Below are positions 50,501-62,500 of a stretch of 64,000 bases of DNA, piece after piece (position 1 is the stretch's first letter; each line of letters begins with the position of its first letter). The notes beneath the pieces were generated by a model. The model had not been told where the DNA came from and searched no databases. It saw only the letters and a program-made list of their open reading frames with translations. Source of the DNA: Amoebophrya sp. A120 (Eukaryota; Protista; Dinoflagellata); NCBI GenBank assembly GCA_905178155.1, contig CAJINV010000018.1:68479-132478 (forward strand), written 5' to 3'. The translations under genes were made by a program, and so were the position numbers.

Positions 50501-53500
50501 GGCGCCCGCCGCGCCGGCGCCGCCGCCACCAGCGATGCCTGCGAAGCCGTTCATCCCCGGCAGTCCCTCCAGGGGCTTGTCGGCGTTAAACGCGCCCCAC
50601 CCGCCGCCATTGTCGCTGTCCTGCACCCTACCAGTCAAGCCCAGCTGGAACACGGTTTGGCAAACAGACGGCAGCTTCGTGTTCTTGAACCATCGCTTGA
50701 TGTGGGGACAATCCCCCTTCATGAAGGCGTCAATCGCGAACGCGATGTCATTCACTCCCTCTTCCCGCAAAATCTCCGATATCGGCGCCAAATACGGGAT
50801 GAAACTGATCGCCAACTGCACCACACCGAAGATCGCGATCAGCATTGCGTGCAAGATGTACCGGGGGGATTTGAGGTGGAATATGCGCTTCAGCCCCATC
50901 TCCTTTTCCAAGAATTTGATCAAAGTCTTCTTGTGCTCCTTCCCCTCGTCATCCTGGTCCAAACCCGCCTCTTTCGCCTTTTCCTCCATCGCGTTGCGGA
51001 CGGATTTTGTGTCGTCAATCTTCAAATACGGCTCCAGCTTCAGCTGCCCGATGTCCCCTTTCACCTTCTGCAGCACGTGCCCGTATCCCGTGCAAAAACG
51101 TCCCCACCCCAGAGTCAAGATCATCGGGATTCTGCAACACAAACCTTGAAGTTTTGGGGGTCACGCATGACAAGTTGCATGCTGTACTGTAGTGCAGCTT
51201 AGCAAGCGAAGCCGCATAACAAATCCATCTACTCATCCTGTTTGCAGCATTACAAGTTCCGAAACACGATATGAAATGCCTCTCATGGGGATGCGCATTA
51301 CAAATGCTCCTGTGCTTGCAAATCTGCATGACAACTCTGGGGTGGGGATGTTTTTCCATAGGATAGCTCGATCATTTTGTCCAAGTCCATGTCAGTTTGA
51401 TCGCTGGCCCACACGTCTTTTACCACCGGGAGCAGCGTATCCTGAGTAAATACGTCCCCACTTCATAGTCAAGATAGGAAACCTCTCCCATTTTAGGGAG
51501 TTGCGCATGACAAGTTTGCCTCTGCAGTTTAGCGCTGGTTAGCAAGGCAAGCCGCATGAGAAAGCCATTTTCTCATCCTGTTTACAGCATTACAAATTCC
51601 AAAACACGATTGGAAATGCCTCTCAACATGGAGCTTCGGATCGCAAATGTTCCTGTCATTGCGCATTTGCATGACAACTATGGGGTGGGGACGTTTTTAC
51701 ATAGGATACAGCGTTTTCAAGATGTACTTTACCCACTTCGGGAACTTCCGCTTCAAGCTTGGATCCATATCCCACAGAAAAAAGCAGGCAGGTCATATTT
51801 GTAATGCAAAAATAAATACACAGGAAAATCTGTCATGGGCGAGGCCATAGCATGCTGTTTAGGGCATGCAATACGAGTTTTTTTGTCTATTTATTTTTGC
51901 ATTACAAATATGACCTGCCGGTCTTTTCTAGGGGATAATCCACTGTCGTGATCGCGTCCTCCACTTTGTCCCGCATCGCTTCAATGCGGTCCTCCGCGTC
52001 CTCCCAGAACGAACTGTAGTGGTAGTCCATGGTGAATTTCGCTCGCAGTGGGAGCAACGCCCCCACCTCATGCAGCCGGCCGTACATGTCCTGGGCCTGG
52101 GCGTGTCTCAGACTGTTCAGCGAGCGTTCTATCACCGTTTCTGCGTTCCTCGGGCCGGAAAACCGGTCGTTCTCCACAATGTTCATGTCGGGGGAGTCCA
52201 GCGCTTGCAGTCTCTCCAGCAATATCATGAGGAAAAACGTCTCCACCCCATAGCCAAGATGAGAAATCTGCTAGACAAATCTACAAGTTTTGGCTGTTCC
52301 GCATGACAAGCTTGGCCTCGTAGTGTAATCCTGTTTAGCTAGTTCAGCAGCATCACAGATCTAATATATAATGCTGACTGGAGCATCAGAAATTACGAAA
52401 CACGACTAGAAAGTGCATCTCTTGGGGCTTCGCATGAGAAACATTTTCAGCATGCAGATTTGCATTACAACTATGGGGTGGGGACGTTTTTAGATAGGAT
52501 AAGTAACGCGTCATCCTTTTCCGACATGGAGGTGGTCCTTTGCTGCGGCTGTTTCTTATCATTATTTTAAAGGTGCAAAAAACTCAGCTCCCGAAACAGC
52601 TCCCAAATTTCTTAATTGAACGCTTCCGGGACCGTCCGAGGGCAGCTTTGCACTTCCGAAAGCGCAAAACCTTTCGACCACACTACGCGCGCCTCTTGAA
52701 GCAGTCTCATTGGTCTTGTCATGGCTCACGATGATCAGACCCCGCGGCGCCTACTGTTTTAAAATATCCAGAAAGGCGGCCGAGATGCTTACTCGTGCGA
52801 CCAGGCGAAGTATCTGCGTAGTTCTTGGCCATTTGCGCGCGGCGGCGTCCCATCTGTGCTCTTTTGGGTCATTTGTGCAGAATAACGCGCCATCTGTGCA
52901 CGATGACGCTTTATCTGGCCGAGAGTGGCCATCGGAGACCGTTTTGCGCGACCAAGTCCGAATGCTATAAAAAACACTATGCCGAATGCTATAAAAAACA
53001 TTATGACGAATGCCATAAAAAAGTGCACCCGAACATGATAAAAAACAACACGCCGAAAAGACAGCGTTAGGTGCGGGTAAGCAACTCAGGAGCAGCCCTA
53101 CCTTTTGACCCCGCAAAACAAAGCTTTTTGTGATGTGCCGGAAGCCGCATCTTTTGCCACTTTTTCTGTGAAAAAGTTGCGAAGGTTCCGCATTCCAGAC
53201 GTCCATTCTTCCAGTTTTCGGCTTGCACGTCACAGATTCCATTCCCCATGGAATTTGTGACGCTTGGGCAATTTGGAGTACATGACGAGGAGAGTTCGCA
53301 AATGCGAAGGCTCCGCACGACGAAACTCCATCCCTCAGCTTTTGGCTTGCGCATTACAAATTTCATTCTTCATGGAATTTGTAATGCGTGAGGAACATGG
53401 AATCGCGAGGCGTGGAGTTTTTATCTGCGCTACCCAGGCGCCTACTTCGTTTCAAAGGAAGCGGACGCCTTGCTTGCTGAGCCCCAGAGGCTGCAAGCTT

Positions 53501-56500
53501 TTGAAGCAAAAAAAAAAAGCCCCTTCAAGAAGACCGAAGAAATACCCTTTTTGGAAACAGCAAAAAGCACATGAAAAAAAACCACACTTTTTACAACAAA
53601 AAAGTGACTTTTTTGACTCGTTTTGACTGGGTCACCAACATGGGTCAGAAAACGGGTCCGAAAACCCTATAAAGAAATCACAGCGTTAGGTGGGGATAAG
53701 CGAGAGCGACTCTGTCTTTTCGGTATAGGTGTTTTTGAGAGTCTTCTTTGTCGCAGTCGGACTGCGACAAAGAACACTATAGAAAACACCATGCCGAACA
53801 CTATAAAAAACACCATGCCGAACACTATAAAAAACACTATGCCGAATGCTATCAAAAAGTGCACCCGAACACGATAAAAAACACTACGCCGAAAAGACAG
53901 CGTTAGGTGCGGATAAGCACTTCAAGAAGCGCCACTTTTTGCACCTCGAAATTGCCAAAAAGAACAACTTGAGACGAAGGCGCAAGTTGTCCGCAAAGGT
54001 AGTGCTGCCGCGTCTCCGCGGAGACGACGGCGCACGACGTTGGCGCCCACTTTTTTGTTCCTCTCAAATACGAGAGCTGGAACTTCCTCGACTTTCAAGT
54101 CGGTAAAGTTCCAGCTCCCGTTCCGATGGCTTTCATTTCTTGAGCGCTCCAGTTCGTGTTGTCCTGGAGCGTCCTCTCTTTGAAAATTCAAGCCCGAGTC
54201 CTGCAATTGAGCGCTGCAGTTACTCTGAGCTGGAAAGTTCATGAAGGGAAGGCTACAGCAGCGGGAACTGGAACTTTGCCGACTTGAGAGTCGGGAAAGT
54301 TCCATTTCCCGCTCCCGAAAGGAAGAAAAGCCCGCTCCTTTTTTTTGATCGCAGAAACGCGGCTTTTTGAACGCAAAAAAGTGGTGATCTTTGGAAGTGC
54401 TTATCCGCACCTAACGCTGTCTTTTCTTTATGTTGTTTTTTATAGTGTTCTTTATAGTGTTCTTTGACTCGTTTTGTGTGGTGTTCTTTGTGTAGTTTTT
54501 TGACGTGTTCGGGAACCCATTCACCAACTCATGCTGTGTGCAGTTCGTCATGTCATGACGAACTGCGCGCAGAATCCTGGCAACGGCACCAAGAACATAA
54601 GCAGAACATCGCAAACGACGCGAAATAGACGCTTTGCAGCGCGAAAAGTCGCTTTCGCACGATTTGCGACCTTCCGCGCGCGAAATCGGGCTCGAAGTGA
54701 GCTAGCGGCGCCACTATATGTTGGCGCCGGCTCTGAAAGTCCCTGCCACTAAAATAAAAACCCACAGGCCGAATTTTCAAAGCTGTTCTCAGAGCTGAAT
54801 TTTTTACACCCTTAATTATTGCTCCCCGTGCCGCCGATGACCAAATGGCGGTGCAAATCCTGGGCGTCGATCCCGTGGCTCAGCGTCGCGTAGAAATGCG
54901 TGCAGGTCTGCCGCCGCAACTCGTGCAGCGCGGTGTGGATAAAAGCTTTCTTGTGCTGCGGCAAATGCTCGTAGCCGGCGACGTTGGAGTTCTCGTAGCG
55001 GAGTTTGAACAGCTTCAGCATGAACCGCTGCGAGGAGTAACTTTTGGCGGCGAGTGGCAGGCGCGAACCGGGTGGCAGTTCTAGCGGTTGAATCAAATCT
55101 TGGCAGAACTTGTGCTCGGCGGAATCGGCATCACTGCTCGTGTCCATCTCATCTATGCTCTTCGTCAAAGCGGACGCAAGGGTGAACTCCTGCAACAGCG
55201 CAGCGGGAATTTGCGGTTCGTTTTGCTGCTGCTGTTGGCCACTACCTGCAGCTTGTTTCTTGTCAAAGGCAAACGCCATCGCCGGGTCGACGTCGACAAT
55301 TGGGACGATTTCCTGACGCAGCAATCGCACCGTCTTCTGTTGTACCTCGGGTGTTCCATTACTGTCGTCGTACCAGCTCACATCGTATAAAGTCGGCAAA
55401 TCGAGTTTCTCCTTTTCAAACATCTCTTGGAGAAAGCTCTCGGCGCGGGGGGAGTTCAAACTAGTCTTCAAGTTCTTCAACAACCCAGCCGGCATTGCGT
55501 CTTTCAACGCGCCGCCTTTTGTGAGAAATCAAATGCAAAAGTGTCTGGGTCTGGAAGAATGCAGACTTGTCATGCATATTTTCCATGCCTTATGAGGTCT
55601 GAAATGCAGGACCTAGCATGACAGATTCTGCGAAGTCTCTATCATGCCGATCTTGCATGAGAAACTCCCCTCCATGTTAGAAGTCAAAAAAGGAGAACTT
55701 TTGGCGATCACGCAAGACAGATTTATTTTGTGTGACCCACGGGACGCATCACAAGTTCCATCCTCCCAGACCCAGACATGTTTACATTTGATATGAACGA
55801 AGATTTCACGATTTTCTCCACCACTCCGACTTTCCCGTCCTGCGCCCGCAAAACCAAAGAATTCGGTTTGATCAATGCGTCTCGGCTGATCAGCAGCTTC
55901 TGGTCGTCCAGTTTCACTTCCGACGATTTTTGCTTGCGCGCCTTCACGATGACGGGGACCCGACGGTCAGCACCACTGTTCCTCGAGTCCATCTCCTGCA
56001 GAGCCACGCCATCGACGTAGGCCTCCTCCAGCCGGTACTTGGCCCGCAGCTGGTCCAGGGTTTTCGCAAACTCACCGTGGTAGTCCTTCCCCGTGGTTGT
56101 TTCGGTCGATACGGAGACGTCGTACTTCCAGAATTCGTTTAGCTCCCGGACCGTCACGCCCGCGCCGTCCCGCGTCGCGATCAAATCGGAGTCCAGGACG
56201 ATCGTGCAGGGGTTCTCCTCGGAGCACGTTTTAGATAACAGCTGCAGTTCCTGCTGATCTTTGCTGTTGCTGCTTCCCTTCATCTTCAGGAAAGAGCCTG
56301 CCGGCGCGTTTAGGAACCGTTCGTTCAACTTCTCGAGATTTTTATTGTGCGTCAGCTGCATGAACTTGGCCTCCGTCTGGGTCATCCGCATGCGGTCGAA
56401 GTGGTCCCCGTAGGCCTGCAGCATGGACAAGACCCATTTCTCCTGCAAATCCTTGTTTTCGTCCTTCTTCCCGGCGTACAGCATGGACTGCGCGCGGAAC

Positions 56501-59500
56501 TGCTGGTTGCTGGTTTCGTCCAGGGACTTGTACCAGATTTCGTCCGAAAACACGATCGTGGACAAAAACGCCGCCTTCCCGACCCGCCGCTTGAAGTTGG
56601 ACAACAGAGTTTCTTTTTTGTCCTCTTTGTTCCTGTCCAAAATCATACCCATGTCCGTCGCTGCCGTCACCGCGGAGTCGTCGATCATAGAGAGGTGGGT
56701 GGATTGCAGCGCTCGCTCGATCCGAGTTGACAAATCTCTCTTCTTCTTGTTCCGATAGGCGCCGTTGTGCTTGTCGAATTTACCGGTTATTTTGTCCATC
56801 GCGCGTTGGAAAAAATCCTTTTCCAAAAACCGCGACAAGATGAACACCTGCCCAATCTGCACGGAAGTGAACGCGGTCAAAAGAGCCTTGAAAAATTGCT
56901 GCTGCAGCAAGCGGATGCGGTAGCTCTTCCAGGCGGATTGCACGGCGAAGAACCCGCGGCCGTTTAGCTCCGCTTTGTCCAACATTTGCTGCACTTTCAA
57001 CTCCGTTGTTTGCTTGTTTGCCTCTTTCAACTCTTCGTCCTTTTCTTCCGGGTCGAACAAATCGTCCTCGAAATCCTGGGCAAAAACGTCCCCACACCGG
57101 AGCCAAGATGGGAAAGCTGCTAGACAAATCTACAAGTTTTGGCTGTTTTGCACGACAAATTTGGACTCGTAGTGTAGTGCTTTTTGAGGTACTTAAGCAG
57201 CATCACAGATCTGGCACATCATGCTGATTCTAGCATCACAAATTCCAAAACACGACCATGGAGCTCCGCATGAGAAACTTTTTTGGCATGCGGATTTGCC
57301 TGACAACTCCGTGGTGGGGACGTTTTTACTCAGAATACTCGAAATCGGTCAACAGCCGCGGGACGTCGGCCGCCGTGCTTGCGCGGTACAAATTCGAGAC
57401 CCTCGACGGGAAAAATTCTCCGGCTTCCGGTCGGAATAACTCCTCCAATTCGATTCGCACGACAACTTCCGGATTTTCCTTTTTGTTGTAGAAAAGTCTT
57501 TCCAATTTCGCGAGGATCCTCGCCGGTTCCACGGTCTGGAGGAACTCCTTGATGACGCTCTGCTCGTCCTCCTTGTTCGGCCGGTACTGACAAGCGGCAG
57601 TGTCCTCTGCGTCGTCGAAGTTGTCGTCGTCGAGGGAGCTGTTCATTTTGTCACTCAAATCTTTGCAGCCGCAGAACTCCCCCGGTTGGTCGTCATTCGT
57701 GCCATCAGCAGTACTAGAACTGCTAGTGCCTCCCGTCTGCAGGGCGCCGGAAGTAAAACTTCCGTCGAAGCTCGTTTGGTCAAAGTTGTTGTTGGTCAAA
57801 CCACCAGCCGCTCCTCCACTCACGTTCGCTAGAGCGTTGGAGCCGAAAACGCCCTTCGCAGAAACCTTCTGCTCCACGAAAAAAGCGGTTTGCGCTTCGG
57901 CTTTCAGAACGCTGTTCGCAGCGGAGTCTTGGCCGAATTGCTTCAGCGCGTCCTGCACCCCGGGCGTGTTCCGCGCCATCTCTTCCAAATGCGCCCGGTC
58001 CTGCAGTTTGTTCTTGTTGCAGCTGCAGCTGTTTTCCAGGCGTGCGGCGAACCGTTCTAGTTGCTGGCTCACGCGCGAACGAATGTCCGAGGTGCGCAGC
58101 TTGTCAATGTCGTGCACCGTCATGGCCACCCGCTCCGTGAACGTGGCGCGCAGCTCCCGCAGGATCAGTAGTCGGGTTTCGAATGTTTCTGGGGTGTGCT
58201 CCCCACCATTCCAATTCGCGCTTTGGTGCTTGAGTCCGAGCTTAATGCTATCACGCGCATCTGCGGGCGAACCGAAGAGCTTCTTCCAGGTACCTGCTGG
58301 AACATCTTGGTTGCAGTCCTTGGTGAGAAAATTGGCAAGCTCTCCAAACTTCGAAATAAGCCTGTCGAAGGGGAACTGGATGCGATTCTGCGTCTTCACC
58401 CACTGCAGCCGGCTGCGGGCAGTCAGCGAGTTGGCATCTGCGTTGGTGGGCGGGGGAACAGAATTGCGGTCGCTGTTGGATTTCGAAGTTTTTTGCTCTT
58501 CCTTCTTCGCCGCCAGCTCGGTTGGCGTCAGGCCGAACTGACCAGCGGTGTTGTCCTTGTTTGCCTCGTTTTGGAGATTGGCATCCGCGTCGATCTCCAG
58601 CGAGGTGGTGATTAGTTTGCTGTGAATTATGTCGTGTTTGCCGGATAATATGATATCGATATGCAGCTCTTATTTCGCAAACGTTTCATCTCAAAAATCT
58701 TTGGTTTTGATGTCGCTCCTGCGGGCATAAACACACACTTTCTCATGCAAAGTGAAAGAAAAGAAAAAGATGAATGTAAGTACTTTTCGTTTTCTCCGCC
58801 CGCACCCTTGCAGACTTCCTTGCTAAAGACCGCCACCGCACTCATTTCCGTCGCTTTGGACAAGCGAAACGGGTTTGCGGCGAAACAAATATCGAGGAAG
58901 CATTCCTCCAGTCCGTACTCGCTATGCATTGCAAATTAGCCTGGGTGGTCTGGCAAATGCAAGATTTGTCACCTTTGTCTGGCATGACTCCTAAGAAGTA
59001 TTTCAAACAAATCACCCAGATAAAGCCCCATCTTTGTGCCGGAGTAGAAATGCGGTTCGCAGTGGTGAATTGGCAAGAACATCTAGCAACTCAAAAACTT
59101 CTTGTCATGCTTAGCCGGCAAATAATATGGCGTCGACGTGATTATCCCTCCGGATGAGTCACAAGTTTCCAGACCCAGATCAAAAATATTTGCAATTTGA
59201 TACTCGCTGCCCTTCTGCCACTTGATCTCCCGCACTAGGTACTGTCCCAGTCTGCGGTTCAGCTTCTGGATGTCCTGCAGGTCGACCATGACTTCTTTCT
59301 TCTGCTCTAGATACGCGAACACCCGGCGAACGATCTTCTCCCACTGCCCCACGGTGAACAGACTGTGCAGCTGCTCTTTGTTCACACCTATCGTCACGTC
59401 CTCGTTGCGGTTCTGACCTGCGTTGTGGGTAAGCAACTTCATCATCAGCCGTTGCTCGTGGTTCGGAATGACGATGTCGCTGGGCAGTTTCTGGTCCACG

Positions 59501-62500
59501 TTCGCACCAGTTCGGTAGGATTCCGACCTTGTAAGCCGGTTCTGGAGTTTTTTCTGAAAACCCTCCCGCGTCCCCGCGTGGCCCCGGTGCTCAATCAAGA
59601 AGGATTTGGTCACGTTGGCGAACATCCTCAAAATGCGCTCCGACAGCGCGGCGGCAAAGTGAGAGAGCGATGCGGACTGTTGTTGCTCGGCGCCGGATAT
59701 CAAATGCAAAAATGTCTGGGTCTGGAAGAATGCAGACTTGTCATGCATATTTTGTATGATGATTGATGCCTCTAATGCATGATCTAGCAACGCAGATTTT
59801 TAGCGGGCTTCCTAATGCTTATTCCGCATGAGAAATGCCCTCTCCGCGTAACACAAAATAGAGTCCTGTTGCTGGTCATTCAATACAGATTTTTTTGGAA
59901 TCCAAAGATAGCACTACAATCCAGATCCAGACATTTTTGCAATCCATACCGGACGAACCCCCGGCGCCGTTTCCGTCCAAGTCCTCGCGCTGCCGCCGTT
60001 CGTTCTCCGCCTTGCGCTCCGCGAGTGCCTTTGACAGATTGGAACAGGTCTCGGTCAGCAAGTTCGCGGCGGTTCTCTGCTGGCCCAAAATTTGCTGTTT
60101 CGCCACCACCTGGCGCAACTCGTTCCTCTTTTCGCCCAGTTCAATCGTTTTCGGCCCGATTTCTGCGTGGTTGGCGAACTGGCCGGAGATCTGGGGACGT
60201 CCGCCGTCGACGTCCATTGCGGCACCTTCCTCGTCGACGTCCATTGCGGTACTGCTGGCTCTTCTCGCTGTTGTCGCCCGCCGATTCCCTTGCCGCTTGA
60301 CCTCCGACATGCGGGCTTCCACAGTTTCTATCAAAGTGGCAATCTGCCATTTCCGGTTTTTGAAGTCGCGGACCTCCTCTTCGACCGTGTTTTTCTGCTC
60401 ATCAAAGCCGCTCTTTTCCCTATCTATCTTCTCCCGGACTTGCGGGATCAGCTGCGCAATAAGTTGCCGAAGACTGTCCAGTCTCTCCCGCGCGACCTGC
60501 CGGCCATTTTCGTATGCTGCATCGATCAGGTTGTAGTCCTGCAAAGCAGCCTGCACCTCTTGTGTGGTGAAACCGGTTTGGGCTCCGCGAATGTCTTCGG
60601 TCAAATAATTTGCGATGACTTCCGCAGCACTTTCCAATTTTAGCAATCCTGGCAGTACCTTCGTGAGCTTTTCCATCCTTTTCACTTGATCTTCCTCTTT
60701 TGCGAGGGCCTCGGCACTCAGTTGCGGCGTCACGACCCCGTCGAGAAAAGTTTTGTATGCCAGGACCTTGCTTGCAATAGTCCCGAACTCCGTCTTCCTC
60801 GAATTGACCTTCTGCTCCAGCACACTTTTCAGCTCCGCAGCTCTGCCTTCCCGAGTTTTCTGCTCATTCTGCGCGTTGGGCTTCTTGTAGAGGAGCATGT
60901 AGACGGTGCTGTCCCTCTGCGTGCTTTGGTCTTTCAAATACTGGTCAAAACCGCTGTTGTATCGCAAGAAAAAAGTGTTACAGTTACACATTGTCACGCA
61001 AGACTGGCAAAAGAGACAACCTTTCCCATGCAGGAAATGCTTCGGAGCCTCGTTTCCTTCCTGTTTTTCCTTATGATCTTCGTATTACAAGTCTTCTCTG
61101 CCACACAGAGAAAATTTGTGACGCAGAAACTCCAGCAAGTGTGTAACTGTAACACTTTTTTCTCGTGATATGTTGGGGACGGCCCTCACGCTCTTGTCGT
61201 CGTCGAAGTGTCGCCACTGCGGATCTCTCTGAGTGCCGACGTTCACCACGGCTGTGTAATGGCCGGAATTCGCGGTGTGGCCGTGGTGCAAAATCACCGC
61301 ATGGAGTTCGTACGCCTGCGACACAGGGTCCATGCCCCGTCCCTGAGTTTGCCTTGCCCACTCAGTGTATTTGTGTGTGTCCTCTTGGCTTTCCGGATTG
61401 CGCAAGCGCGCACGTTCAAACTCCGTGTGGACGCCACTTGGACCATTCCGTCTCGCTTCCCCGTCGATGTAGAAAAGCCTAGGAACATCTAGATAATGCT
61501 TCTTTTTCCTGATGCTTCCGTCCATCTCGTATGCAAAGCGTTTCACTTCGAGCCGCAAAATTTCCGGCAGTCTCCGGAGGTGGGCTTTGCGATGGAGGCC
61601 ATACATGATCTTCCGAATCGTTCGCGTTCGTCCGTGGCTATCTGTGATTGTCCGAACTTCCGCCGGTACCTGCTTCGTCCGCATTTCCATACCCTCCAAC
61701 CAGGCCGGCCGAGGGTCGTGGGGTTCCATTGCACTATCGGGGCAAAATTGAGAATCAAGCAGCAACTATATTGATTGGGTCAACACGACTTGTTCTTGCG
61801 CAGTCAATGGCCATGCAGTCGGGGGCAGGAGCGGGAGCCCCCGCTGGAAGAGCAGTTGAGAGCACATTTACGACGTATGTCTGAGCTCTGTATGCAAACT
61901 TTGTCGCCTGCTTGATTCCAATGTTTGCTTCAATTTGATAGTCGTGGGAGTATATGCTGCTATCTCCCTTATCAGGGTCGAAGTGGGCGTTTCGCAGAGC
62001 TCCGAGAATGTCAGTGTGTTTTTGCTCGTTGTACTCAAACATCAATTGGGAGTGAGGCCACCACGCATTGCCGGCGTCGTCTTTCTTTTCCTTGCTCTGG
62101 CCCGGAATCGGGTTCTCTTGCTGGTCAATCGCGAAGAATTCCTCCTTGATTTCGACTTTGAAGAGGTTTTGGAAATGCTCAGGTAGCACATAATCGACCA
62201 GTTTGTTCATCCCCTCCGTCGGGTCCTGTTGGTTCCAATCATGCCTGCCCCTAAGTTCGTGCCAATTCGCCTTCCGCATGACATAATATAGAAGCGCTTC
62301 TACTCCTTGCTGTCGGTTGTAAATTGACAAATTGTTGTTGCTCTGTCCTCGACCGCCCGACCCAGCGACGGCACGGAAAAAGGGGCACCATTGTCTGAGT
62401 TTCTCGTTATCTTCCGGGGTACGTTGCTGAAAATTACTACCGGAACTCGCGCTCAGTCCTCGCAGCTCCTGCTCTCGCTGCGCGCACTCCGCCTCGGCCA

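Noticed and set aside
48571-60643. Long plus-strand ORFs (e.g. 48571-49914, 50298-51149, 57600-58541, 59895-60536)
   Set aside because: Antisense shadows of GC3-rich minus-strand exons; they end near introner boundaries.
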